In this document: one piece after another, positions 53,769 to 64,000 of the stretch
Layout of the letters: each line of letters begins with the position of its first letter
How positions within the stretch are numbered: the stretch's first letter is position 1
Source: an uncultured Nitrososphaeraceae archaeon
Lineage (GTDB): Archaea; Thermoproteota; Nitrososphaeria; Nitrososphaerales; Nitrososphaeraceae
Assembly: GCA_963729045.1 (NCBI GenBank)
Contig: CAVSMN010000010.1
Span: forward strand, 32,001 to 96,000
DNA: 64,000 bases
Direction: 5' to 3'
The notes under the pieces: generated by a model
What the model saw: only the letters and a program-made list of their open reading frames with translations
Database searches by the model: none
Told to the model about the DNA's origin: nothing
Position numbers and translations under genes: made by a program

Positions 53769-54680
53769 ATGTATAATAGTTTAATAGTTAAAAATATAGA
53801 AAAATATTCACCAGTACACGAACACACTATTATCTATGACTACGAGAAAGGTGAGAAGCTTTGTAAGTCATGTGGCATCATTGTTCAAGATAAGATATAT
53901 GATGCCGAGTTAGACACTGATTTTCATAAATATAAAAGTGATACTAACACCGTATTGCCTCATTCCATTATTCTTAATGATAAAGGAATGTCAACAGCAA
54001 TCGCAGATTATGATACCAGTACATCCAAAAGGTTTTCAAATAGGAAAGAACATAATAAGATAGAGTTCTTAAATAAAATTGTTAGTTGCTCAAACAAGAA
54101 GAGAAATTTGAAAATAGTCATAGATCTTTTGAATCGTATAAAAGATAAATTATCCTTGACATCGTTCTGCATAGAAGAAGCATTATCTTATTACAAGAAG
54201 GCATTAGAAAACGGACTAATTAAAGGAAGATCAATAAAGGAAATGATCGTTTCATGTGTATATCTAGTTTGTAAGAAAACCAATATCCCAAGAACATTGC
54301 CAGAAATCTCCCAAATAGTGCAAGCTGATGAAATTTTTGCCGCCAGATGCTATCGTCTTTTAATGAGAGAGTTGAAAATTACACACGTACAATTCAAACC
54401 AGCTATTTTTATAAGAAAGATAGCAGACGAGGCAGAAATTAGTGAGAGAACAGCAAGAGAATCTATAGATATGCTTTTGGCCATACAAAATGAGAATGTA
54501 TTCTCTGGTAAGAATTCGCTCTCAATCGCTGCAGCCATTCTTTACATAACATGTAGAAAACATAAACAAAAAATATCGCAGGCAAAAATCGCTTCGGCAG
54601 CTAATATTAACATAATGACGCTAAGAAAAAGACTTTCAGAAGTCAGAAATGTAGTTGTGAATGCATCATTTCTCAATTAA
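53769..54680 (+). CDS. tfb: divergent transcription initiation factor IIB paralogue
   Basis: DYEKGEKLCKSCG ribbon, DKGMSTAI, LIKGRSI..CVYLVCK..PRTL, second cyclin fold SGKNSLSIAAAILY. Confidence 0.92.
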   Translation: MYNSLIVKNIEKYSPVHEHTIIYDYEKGEKLCKSCGIIVQDKIYDAELDTDFHKYKSDTNTVLPHSIILNDKGMSTAIADYDTSTSKRFSNRKEHNKIEFLNKIVSCSNKKRNLKIVIDLLNRIKDKLSLTSFCIEEALSYYKKALENGLIKGRSIKEMIVSCVYLVCKKTNIPRTLPEISQIVQADEIFAARCYRLLMRELKITHVQFKPAIFIRKIADEAEISERTARESIDMLLAIQNENVFSGKNSLSIAAAILYITCRKHKQKISQAKIASAANINIMTLRKRLSEVRNVVVNASFLN

Positions 54681-54899
54681 TGCCCTCTTTTTTAACTTTA
54701 ATCTTTTTTTGAACAATTACAACAAATAGTATTCATAATAGAATTTGGTCTTTTGCTAATAGTTTGTTGTGATTTGTTTTGTCTACTAAAATTTCATTCA
54801 AACATACTAACCACGAATATCATTTTTGTTTGACTATTGATAAAATACTAGAACAAAAATGATTCGTTTAAATAATTTTCAAGATATCCATAAGAAGGA

Positions 54900-56168
54900 T
54901 TGACATTAAAGGAAGACGCAATAAATTTACACCGATTACTTAGAGGTAAAATAGAGATCTCAAGCAGGATATCTTCAGATAATATTTTTGAAAATTCAAA
55001 AGAAGGCCGTGGAACTTTAAGTTCAATCTATACTCCGGGTGTCGCATATGTTTCAAATGAAATCCAAAAGAATAAAGAATTGGCATACGACTACACCTCA
55101 AAATGGAATAATATAGCGATAGTGTGTGATGGAACTAGAGTCTTAGGACTCGGCGATATTGGTCCAGAAGGAGCACTACCCGTAATGGAGGGAAAAGCAG
55201 TCTTATTTAAGACTCTTGGTAATGTAAATGCATTTCCACTTTGTATTTCTATAAAGGATAAAGAAGAAATTATCAAATTTGTCAAAGCTATTGAACCTTC
55301 ATTTGGTGCAATAAATATAGAGGATATTGAATCTCCCAAGGTTCTAGAAATAGTAGAAAGACTTCAAAAGGAAATGTCAATCCCAATTTTTCATGATGAT
55401 AGACATGGTACAGCAGTCATTACTCTTGCAGCTTTAATAAATGCATTACGAATAGTACAAAAGAACTCGAAGAACGTTAAAGTCGTGATTGCAGGTGCAG
55501 GGTCTGCAGGGTACGGCATCTTTAAGATTTTATCGAGGGCAGGTTTTGAAGAGATAATAGTAATAGACAAGAAAGGAGCCATTTACGATGGAAGAGATAA
55601 CAATGATAATAACGAAAAATTAAGAAATCTAGAATCAAACAAACAAAATGATCCAAAGCTCGATAGTAGTATTATCTTGAATTCATTTAAGAGAGAAATA
55701 GCTTTAAACTCCAATCCAAACAAGATAGTAGGCAATCTAGAAACAGCAATCAAAGAATCAGACATCTTTATTGGAACATCAGGGATTGGAAATCTCATGA
55801 GTTCACAAATGGTAAAATCGATGAAAAGAGATCCAATTGTTTTTGCATTGAGCAATCCTACACCAGAAATTTTACCCGACGAAGCAAAAGGTGCAGGAGC
55901 TAGAATTATGGCAACTGGTAGATCGGATTTTCCAAATCAAATTAATAACGCGGTAGTTTTCCCCTCAATATTTAGAGCATTATTAGATCTAAGAATAAGA
56001 AATTTGGATGAAAACATATTGATATCTGTATCCAAATCTATAGCAGACCTAGTTGACATTAAGCATTTAAACGAAGAATTCATCATTCCTAAAATAAACG
56101 ATCCGAGGATACTACCGGTAGTTACAAATTCCTTAAAGGAATATATCTTGAATCAAAATCCAAGATGA
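54900..56168 (+). CDS. NAD(P)-dependent malic enzyme
   Basis: YTPGVA, DGTRVLGLGDIGP, INIEDI, FHDDRHGT, GAGSAG, TGRSDFPNQINN. Confidence 0.95.
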   Translation: MTLKEDAINLHRLLRGKIEISSRISSDNIFENSKEGRGTLSSIYTPGVAYVSNEIQKNKELAYDYTSKWNNIAIVCDGTRVLGLGDIGPEGALPVMEGKAVLFKTLGNVNAFPLCISIKDKEEIIKFVKAIEPSFGAINIEDIESPKVLEIVERLQKEMSIPIFHDDRHGTAVITLAALINALRIVQKNSKNVKVVIAGAGSAGYGIFKILSRAGFEEIIVIDKKGAIYDGRDNNDNNEKLRNLESNKQNDPKLDSSIILNSFKREIALNSNPNKIVGNLETAIKESDIFIGTSGIGNLMSSQMVKSMKRDPIVFALSNPTPEILPDEAKGAGARIMATGRSDFPNQINNAVVFPSIFRALLDLRIRNLDENILISVSKSIADLVDIKHLNEEFIIPKINDPRILPVVTNSLKEYILNQNPR

Positions 56169-56421
56169 TTAGAACACAATACAAAAATATGATCGTGATT
56201 TATCATGAAATGGCGTACTTAGATCCATCTTAAGATCAAATTTATCAAACCGATATTTTAGTTGCCAGCAGTCATATATCACATATGATTATAAAATTTC
56301 ATTAAATTGGGAAACATCCAAAAATCCTAATTTGACGATCCCTGAGAATGCATCAGACCATTTAATATCTATATGAAGAGAAAGAAGAAGAAGAAGAAAT
56401 GAAATATACAGTTTTAGTCAC

Positions 56422-56450
56422 TAGTGGTAACAAAAACAAAAATGTGGTAA
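56422..56450 (-). promoter_or_regulatory. candidate operator, TTACCACTA/TTACCACAT at 20-bp spacing
   Basis: TAGTGGTAA at 56422-30 and ATGTGGTAA at 56442-50, just before the TATA-like TTATTAAG. Confidence 0.4.
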
Positions 56451-56502
56451 TCTTATTAAGAGTTTAGTTTATCATCACTAATCATAGTAGTGAACAAGGA
56501 TT

Positions 56503-57961
56503 ATGAAAAGAGACGACATTGAAAAATCTCAAAACGAAATCACAGATAAGAAAAATAATAATCCTGATGGTTTGAATTTCAACATAGATAAAACAGTTAT
56601 CCTGATTACCGGTGCGAGCGGGTTTATAGGAAGCAGACTGTTGAATGAATTGATTGAAAATAAAGAACAGAAAGATGTTAAATATTTTATACGAGGTTTA
56701 TCTAGACATAAAAATCAATTTGATATTGAAAAATTAAGGAATTCTCAAGTTTCAGTTGAAATTATGGAAGGCGATTTAAGTGATTATGATGATTGTGTAA
56801 AGGCATTATCAGATGTTGATATAGCTTATTATCTTGTTCATTCAATGGAAGGGTCATCCAGAAATTGGAAAAAATTCTCAGAAAGAGAAAAAATTACCGC
56901 CGAAAATTTTATGAACGCGGCAAATCAATGTAATGTAAAAAGGATCATCTATCTGGGTGGATTAACCTACGGTAAAGATGATGACCTATCTCAACACATG
57001 CAAAGTAGGAAACAAGTAGGAGACATATTGAAGAAATCGAAATCAAAGGTAACAATTTTCCGTGCAGCAGTAATTTTAGGTAGCGGCGGAGGATCATTTG
57101 AAATGTTAAGATATTTGGTGGAAAGATTGCCTTTAATGGTATGTCCTAAATGGGTATTGACAAAGTGTCAACCAATATTCATAGGAGATGTTATAACATA
57201 TCTTTCTAAATCTATCGAGATAAAAGAAACAGAAGGTAGGACCTTCGATATAGGGGGTCCAGATATACTTTCGTATTTAGACATGATGAAGATTTACGCC
57301 AAAATTCTTGACAAATCTATCAAGATACTAATAATTCCTTTTTTGACTCCAAGATTGTCTTCATACTGGGTAGATTTGGTAACGCCCATAAGAGCATCAC
57401 TAGCAAGGCCTCTGATAGACAGTCTAAAGCACGAATCAACAGTAAGAGACGATTCAATTCTCAGAATTATTCCTACTGAATTAAAGCCATTTAAAGAATC
57501 ATTAGAATTCTGCATGAAGGAAGAGAAAAAGTACAAGAAAAAGGGTAGAAGAAATTTGAAGAAAGAAAGAACATCTCTGTCAATAAACTACAAGATTCTT
57601 CTAATTTCTTTATTATTACTACTAGTAATAGGAACTACCTACTATTTTCTAGATGATAGAAAGACTTTCTTGGGACCCTTCTGGCTATCTATCGCAATCG
57701 TTTGGTATATTCTAATTCTAACAGCCATATACTTTGTACACTTTTGGAGCCAGGCTTGGTGCTTTGATTGCTGGAATACTCGCTTGGGGAACTTTATTCT
57801 TCTGGATCTTGGATAATGCGTATATTGTATTTGGACATCCAATAATAGCACAAAAGCCAGGAGCAGATGAAACATGGAGAGACATGATTGGAATAATAAT
57901 TGCAATCTTTACTATCTTATCATCCCACAATATCTTTCACAAGATTAGACTACACAGTTAA
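56503..57961 (+). CDS. YbjT-like NAD(P)-binding SDR/epimerase with a C-terminal membrane domain (frameshift near 57740)
   Basis: TGASGFIG, AYYLVHSM, IIYLGGL, FRAAVILGSGGGSFEMLRYL, LSSYWVDLVTP. Confidence 0.88.
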
Positions 57962-58065
57962 TTTCATTTTCCCCAAACTTAATCCGAACGAAGGTTTTAG
58001 AATCAATGATATCATGATTTATTCTGAATTGACATCTCAATAATAATCATCCATGAGTATACGAG

Positions 58066-58094
58066 TTAGCACTAGTTACAATGCTTTAGCACTA
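58066..58094 (+). promoter_or_regulatory. candidate operator, TTAGCACTA twice at 20-bp spacing
   Basis: TTAGCACTAG TTACAATGCT TTAGCACTA directly before the TATA-like TTAATAT. Confidence 0.5.
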
Positions 58095-58125
58095 TGTTAA
58101 TATCTTTGTATTAACACACAAGAAT

Positions 58126-59043
58126 ATGGTTTTCATACGAGTAAAAAAAGTAAAAGGCTTTGATTATTATTATTTGGTAAAGAGCCAATGGGATTCGAAG
58201 AGAAAGATATCCATGCAACATACAATAAAATATTTGGGAAAGGCTACTGATGTAACAATTGATAGTATTCCTCCAGAATATAAGAATAATCCAAGAATCT
58301 TATCTCTGTTAGCATCAGTTACTCAAGAACATGAAAACAAAGTGGTCGTAATAACAGCTTTGAAAAAAAGGGTTTTTGATGCATTAAAGAATGGTGATAT
58401 TGAAAAGATAGCAGATGTTGCAGGAAAATACAAAGAACAGGCAAGCTTAGCTGAATTTTATGACGATATTCTAAGACCCGTTCTATATGATGTTGGGTAT
58501 CTCTGGCAAGAAAATAAATTAGATATTGGAATGGAACATGTCTGTAGCAACACGGCAAACAAAACAATTCACATGATCACAGATTCAATCAAGCCTAACG
58601 ATAAAATGGAGAATATTATCATATGTACTCCTGATGGAGAACTTCACAATATAGCCTGCAACATCATAGAATCCTTACTATTTGAAAAAGGGTTTCGAGT
58701 TATTAACGTATCACCATCAATTCCCACTGATTCAATGATTAACTATATTGATGAAACTAAACCATTTATGATACTTATTTCAGTTACCCTTAAAGATAAC
58801 ATAGGTTCGGCAGTAAGGCTCATAAAAAAGATCAGTACAATATTTAATATTCCTATCTTGGTTGGAGGACTAGCCATAAATCATAGTAGCGATATTGAAA
58901 GAAAAAATATAGAAGCTATTAGTCCTCATGTTAGAATAATTGTAAACTCTCCATTAACTGCAATCGTAAAAACCATTAAAGGTATAGCCAAGAGTAATAA
59001 CACAAGAAATATTAAGAATTTTGAGCAAGAGTTGGTAGTTTAA
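58126..59043 (+). CDS. cobalamin-binding regulator (CarH/LitR-like B12 module)
   Basis: W-x9-EH (WQENKLDIGMEH) four-helix cap, GELHNIAC B12-binding His, ISVT and VGG motifs; basic N-terminal domain. Confidence 0.88.
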   Translation: MVFIRVKKVKGFDYYYLVKSQWDSKRKISMQHTIKYLGKATDVTIDSIPPEYKNNPRILSLLASVTQEHENKVVVITALKKRVFDALKNGDIEKIADVAGKYKEQASLAEFYDDILRPVLYDVGYLWQENKLDIGMEHVCSNTANKTIHMITDSIKPNDKMENIIICTPDGELHNIACNIIESLLFEKGFRVINVSPSIPTDSMINYIDETKPFMILISVTLKDNIGSAVRLIKKISTIFNIPILVGGLAINHSSDIERKNIEAISPHVRIIVNSPLTAIVKTIKGIAKSNNTRNIKNFEQELVV

Positions 59044-59288
59044 CTAAAAAACACTCCTTCAGTAAGACACTGATGGGACAATAGATTGAAAAGTAGATCA
59101 AATTGATGAAAAATTAACCACTCAACATTTCTTTATTTATAGAGACCAATGATCATAATAATCATGTATATAATTTGTATAAAACGTTTTTAGATACATA
59201 CACGGATTATTAGTACAGGAATCTGTATTTCAGGATCTTTCTCTTATTACCCGTAAAGGATACTTTGCTTGTTCTTAGTTGCAAAATA

Positions 59289-59591
59289 TTAGAAATTGTC
59301 GCCAAAATTTTTCATATTGGAATCTACCTGGTCTTGAGGATTTGCAGTCCCTTTCTTTTTATGTTCACTCTTATGAACCCTAGCGTCCATCTCTTTTTCA
59401 TGTTCTTCACGTACATGATGTAATCTATCCTTTTCGTGAATGAATTCTTTCCCACATTTATGGCATTTTAAGATCAACTTATGATGTACTGTTTTATAAT
59501 GATTCATCAGATCTTCCTCAGAACTAAACTTTTCCCCATCAACTTCGCAAGAATATTTATTATGAAAGAAATCCACACATCTTCTAGTCAT
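59289..59591 (-). CDS. double C2H2-type zinc-finger protein
   Basis: CEVDG..HYKTVH; CHKCGKEF..HVREEH. Confidence 0.85.
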   Translation of the reverse strand: MTRRCVDFFHNKYSCEVDGEKFSSEEDLMNHYKTVHHKLILKCHKCGKEFIHEKDRLHHVREEHEKEMDARVHKSEHKKKGTANPQDQVDSNMKNFGDNF

Positions 59592-59814
59592 AAGATATTA
59601 TTAAGTTCTTTTATTGTGTATTTGTGGCAGCATATCTACAATAAGAAAAAATCATTATCAATGGTATTTCAATTTATGAGATTAAATCTCTGTTATAATA
59701 GTAGATTTGTCAAATTCATGAAATGAGAATAAAAAGGGTTTGTGGATAAAGTCAAGTATCATATCAGACTAAGAATTCACAATATTCTAAAATATTACAT
59801 GAATAGATAAAGGA

Positions 59815-60615
59815 TCAGCTTATCAGGTTAATTATCCAATCATACATAGGAATATTGGCAACAGCTATGAATGACATTCTAGAGTTTACAGAAAGATTAG
59901 TATTTAATTCCTTTCCAGAAGTATCAAAAATTAATCCTCCTGCTTCTTTAGCTATTAGATAACAGGCGGCCATATCTATTGCCCTTATCTTGTCTCGGAT
60001 ATCAATATATGCATCTATAGAACCACGTGCAAAATAGCACAATTCTAATGCATTTGCACCCAGGTGCCTAACGTGACTAATTGACGAAACCAATTTTGAA
60101 ATGGATAAAAAATGGTCTTCCGATAGTCCAGAAATATTCAATCCAATCACCATTTCTTTTATAGAAAGTGAAGGCTCCTTCGCAGTATGGATTTTTTTTT
60201 CATTCAAAAATGAGCCGGTGGACAGGGATGCATGGTATAAATCTCCAGATACTAGATTAAATACCACAGCATCAGTAACAGATTTTAAATTAGTATCAGG
60301 AGAATAAGCAAGTGAACAGCAGTAAAATGGCAATCCACAATTAGCGTTGGTTGTACCGTCAACTCCATCCATAACAACTAGTCCACTATCTTTGCCTTCT
60401 ATAAACCCGCATTCTTCTCCCACCACATCAGGATTAAAAGAATTCTTCTTTAGAATCTCAAAAACAGATTTTTCGGCAAGTAGATCAATTTTAGTGGATA
60501 CATCACCGCCTGCACCGATTCCAAACTTTTCTTGTCCCTCAACGGTTCCAATCAAATCATGGGTATTCTTATAAACATTAATAGCACATTCTTTTAATAT
60601 ATCTAAGATCGGCAC
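59815..60615 (-). CDS. suhB: inositol monophosphatase / bifunctional FBPase
   Basis: GEECG, DGVDGTTN, RHLGANALE, DMAACYLIAKEAGG. Confidence 0.92.
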   Translation of the reverse strand: MPILDILKECAINVYKNTHDLIGTVEGQEKFGIGAGGDVSTKIDLLAEKSVFEILKKNSFNPDVVGEECGFIEGKDSGLVVMDGVDGTTNANCGLPFYCCSLAYSPDTNLKSVTDAVVFNLVSGDLYHASLSTGSFLNEKKIHTAKEPSLSIKEMVIGLNISGLSEDHFLSISKLVSSISHVRHLGANALELCYFARGSIDAYIDIRDKIRAIDMAACYLIAKEAGGLIFDTSGKELNTNLSVNSRMSFIAVANIPMYDWIINLIS

Positions 60616-60954
60616 ATTGAATCACAATGATCTTATTTTAACAAGCAAATAAAAACTATGAAATCAAGATTCAGGGTGAAGACAACAAACCTAGAAAATT
60701 AGATACAAGAATATATACTTGATCAAGACTTGAAATTAAATGTTATTTAATCACATGGCTATGAAATATTCTTAGCATCGATAACTATATTGTACAATAT
60801 ACATCAAATTAGAAGAAAATTGTAAATTTCATCTATCAAATGATTGAGGCTATGAACAGCTTAGCCTCATAGGTCATCAGTTTTGTCTAAAGATTATATT
60901 AATTAGGACCTTATGACAAATAATAAAAACTCCAATCTCTTAACTACTGTATAA

Positions 60955-62561
60955 ATGCGCAGAGAGGTAAATAAATTACAGAATGATTTGACGACTACCA
61001 CGATTACAAATGAGGAGCTTTTAGGTGTGGTCATAGGCGTAACTAAACCAGGATACATTACTTTTGAAGGTAAAGAGCCTGTGGGCTTAGGAGAATACAT
61101 CACAATAACAGAAGATCTTCAAAAAAGGATTCTTGGTGTAGTGGAATCATGTTCTATTAAGAGCGATGCGCTAGATGAGATTTCTAACTTTGAAGAAGCT
61201 CTAGAGAGTAAGGTCGTAGCTGAAATAAACAAGAGAGATAAGAGCTTTAAGGTTAATGTAAAAATTCTCGGCATGCTTGACTTGTTAAAAAAATCAAAGG
61301 CCATCTTACCGGAAATACCACCACTGCCAGGAACCGAGGTATATAGAGCAAAAAAAGATGATCTAAAGGACATTTTTGATTCCGAGGATGAATCATGGCT
61401 AAAGATCGGTATCTCTTAAGAAATGCAAACGTGAATGTCAGAGTCAACATCAATAGACTTACAACTAGACACCTAGGAATTTTGGCAATGACAGGTATGG
61501 GAAAAAGTAATTTAGTCAGTGTCATTGCAAAATCGATAGCAAAAATTCCGGGCACTATGGTGATCTTTGACTATCACGATGAATATCGCTTTCTACAGGG
61601 AGAGAACATAAATTTTGTACAAGCTCAGATAAACCCAAGATTATTAACATCCGATAAGTTTGGAGAAGTCATAGAAATAAGAGAAAACGCAGACATTCAA
61701 AACACAATATTACTAAAGGCCTATGATAACGATGATCTGAAAAAGAAAATAGGGGACGACTTTTGGGAGGAATTAGAGAAAAATGTAAAAGACATAGGTT
61801 TTAGGGAAAAGAGATTTGCAAGTTCTGCAGACAGAGTATTAGACAAGATCAAGGAAGCTAGGAGAAGATTTGATAGCATTTTGATTCCAAATGCATCAGA
61901 TCCTGTTTCTCAAATCAGAGAAGGTTGTATAAATATAATAAATCTAATAGAATTTACTGAGAAACAAGCTAATGTAGCGATATCGTTTTATCTCGAATCA
62001 ATCCTGTATCAAAGAAAGCTCTCAAAGAGTCTGAGCTTTAAATCAAATTACGGAAGCACTGACCAAATATTATTTCATAGTCCTGTTATTGTGGTAATTG
62101 AAGAAGCCCATGTATTCATGCCTAAGAATGAGCATACCGATACCAAGTATATTGCTTCGAAGGTTGCAAGAGAAGGAAGAAAATTTGGGGTAGGACTAAT
62201 AATAGTATCTCAACGACCACGAACTTTGGACCCAAATGTATTGAGTCAAATGGGTTCCTTAGCAATAATGAAGTTGGTTCAACAAGAAGACCAATCACAA
62301 ATTGAATCATCTAGTGAATCAATAAACGGTAAGATTATTGAACAATTGCCATCTCTTAACCCCGGAGAAGCGTTGTTAGTAGGACAGTGGGTAAATTTAC
62401 CTTCATTTATAAGAATTGACGAAATAGTTGAAAGAACAATGGGAAAGGATCCAGAACCAGTAAACGAGTGGAAAAACAACAAAGAGAAAAAAGATATGTC
62501 AATCGAGGACAGTCAGATGTATATCAGAGAAGATTACATAGAAGAGGAATACATAGAATAA
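60955..62561 (+). CDS. herA: HerA DNA helicase/translocase (frameshift near 61410)
   Basis: HAS barrel, RHLGILAMTGMGKS, IEEAH, REGRKFG, VSQRP. Confidence 0.92.
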
Positions 62562-62614
62562 TATGATAGAGTTAAATACATAAATTTGTTAGGCTCTATT
62601 CCCTATCTATAATA

Positions 62615-62908
62615 ATGAACATCGCCATGATTACCAAAACTAGGGAAAGGATAGATTTAAAGCTATATGATGATAATCTAAAAAATTTGACTAACGAGAT
62701 TTTTGAGGATATATATACATTGAATTTTTTCTTACAAACTATCCCAAAAACTTTTGGTCAAGACAAGACGCTTTTGATTTTTAACGATTTGGAAAGAACA
62801 AACAGCGTTTTGGACCTACCAGATAAAGATGCAAATCCAGAAGGTTATGGCCACAATGTAAAACTTTTACTGGCCAAGGATGAAAATTCCTATTTTATAG
62901 AAGAATAG
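62615..62908 (+). CDS. hypothetical protein
   Basis: 97-aa ORF after herA. Confidence 0.6.
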   Translation: MNIAMITKTRERIDLKLYDDNLKNLTNEIFEDIYTLNFFLQTIPKTFGQDKTLLIFNDLERTNSVLDLPDKDANPEGYGHNVKLLLAKDENSYFIEE

Positions 62909-62969
62909 GCAACTCTTTTACTTGACAAAGGATCATAATGAATGAGAGAATGCTAAAGTCATTTATTTT

Positions 62970-63200
62970 CTACGTTTCAGGATTATTATATTTAAAACAT
63001 TTTCTTGCTATTGAAACCTTGCTTATAGAGTGACATATCGGACATTCAGCCCAGTTTTTTCCTCCAGAGTATCTCCAATAATAATTACACTTTTGGTACA
63101 TACATTGAATCCAAAATGTTTTTTTTGGACCCTTCAACCAGTTTTCTTGCAATGGTTTACGAGTTCTTCGTGCCGCTCTAGGCAAACGAGATAATTTCAT
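62970..63200 (-). CDS. small basic zinc-binding protein
   Basis: C-x4-C..W.Y.G..CPIC. Confidence 0.6.
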   Translation of the reverse strand: MKLSRLPRAARRTRKPLQENWLKGPKKTFWIQCMYQKCNYYWRYSGGKNWAECPICHSISKVSIARKCFKYNNPET

Positions 63201-63315
63201 GGTGTTTACGACATCTACTATATTTGTTCATGATCTATTAATCTTTTCTATACATGTGATCTTGGAGTTTCAATATTGCAAATGCGAATGAGTTCATACA
63301 TACGCTAACGAATTT

Positions 63316-64000
63316 TTAGACAACACTCACACTGGAACCCTTCTCAGTCATCTTGAATTTATACACTTGTTCAACCTCAGAATTTTCAAATATCTCTTCA
63401 TCATGAGTAATAATTATCATTTGGGACAACGGACTCATACCTTTGCTAAAGACGTCTGAAATAATTTTTACAAACGATCGACGTCTTTCCTCATCCAAAT
63501 TGGTCGTAGGTTCATCTAAAACTATGAAATCAATTTTTGATGAACCCATCAAGAATGCAATCCCCATCCTAATAGCCAGTGATACAGCGACTTTCTCGCC
63601 TCCGCTCAATGATACAGTATCAATTTCTCCTCGCTTTCCATAACAAAGTACCTTTATTTCTCGTGGTTTTTCAACTAATGTAATTTTTGAAAGTCCAACG
63701 TTGAAAATGTTGATGTATTCAGAGGCTTTAGCAGAAATCAAGTTTAATGCTCGTGTCCTTAAACTTGAACTCACGATACCATCTCTGTTAAAGACCGTGG
63801 AGCGAATATTTTCAAGATCTGAAATAAATTTTGCGGCAGACGATAACTCTATAATCAATGTTTGAAATTCCGAATTTTCTCTTTGAATGTCTACGATTGT
63901 TTTTTCCAATATCGCTTTTTGATTGTGAATACTGACCATTTCCACTGAAAGCTTGCTTTTGGTTAATTTTTTTTGTTGATAAGAATTTAAATCAACCTCG
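63316..64000 (-). CDS. rad50: Rad50/SMC-family ATPase, C-terminal part (extends beyond the window)
   Basis: LSGGE signature, VLDEPT, ITHD; near herA. Confidence 0.9.
   Translation of the reverse strand, partial: EVDLNSYQQKKLTKSKLSVEMVSIHNQKAILEKTIVDIQRENSEFQTLIIELSSAAKFISDLENIRSTVFNRDGIVSSSLRTRALNLISAKASEYINIFNVGLSKITLVEKPREIKVLCYGKRGEIDTVSLSGGEKVAVSLAIRMGIAFLMGSSKIDFIVLDEPTTNLDEERRRSFVKIISDVFSKGMSPLSQMIIITHDEEIFENSEVEQVYKFKMTEKGSSVSVV

Noticed and set aside
60955..64000. HerA plus SMC-like ATPase as an antiviral defence system
   Set aside because: Motifs and context fit the housekeeping HerA/Rad50 repair genes; no Sir2, nuclease or other effector partner is visible

Overview
AT-rich archaeal DNA. 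The gene set (PCNA, TFS, Rpo11, rps15, Pcc1, SerS, aconitase-X pair, Rieske/cytochrome b/blue-copper complex III, HerA, Rad50, intron-containing tRNAs) points to an ammonia-oxidising Nitrososphaeraceae member, probably Nitrosocosmicus-like (inference). Layout: (i) 1-23.4 kb is an accessory region at the 3' end of a two-intron tRNA-Gly(TCC), with tyrosine-integrase remnants and a degenerate att-like copy at about 3.4 kb. It holds many PRC-barrel-like/YsnF(DUF2382) proteins, LEA/hydrophilin-like proteins, secreted Q/T/N-rich proteins, a phasin-like protein, a glycosyltransferase and MEDS/REC genes. (ii) 23.6-48.2 kb is core housekeeping. (iii) After an intron-containing tRNA-Asp there is a second, smaller cluster of the same stress-type genes, a divergent TFB paralogue, malic enzyme, a CarH-like B12-binding regulator, then HerA and Rad50. 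The main new hypothesis is a desiccation/dormancy-type regulon whose promoters share a non-canonical BRE (C at -3 before the TATA box), possibly read by an alternative TFB. Many genes, including normally essential ones, carry single-base frameshifts, so many breaks are probably sequencing errors. Family assignments come from motif recognition, not database searches.
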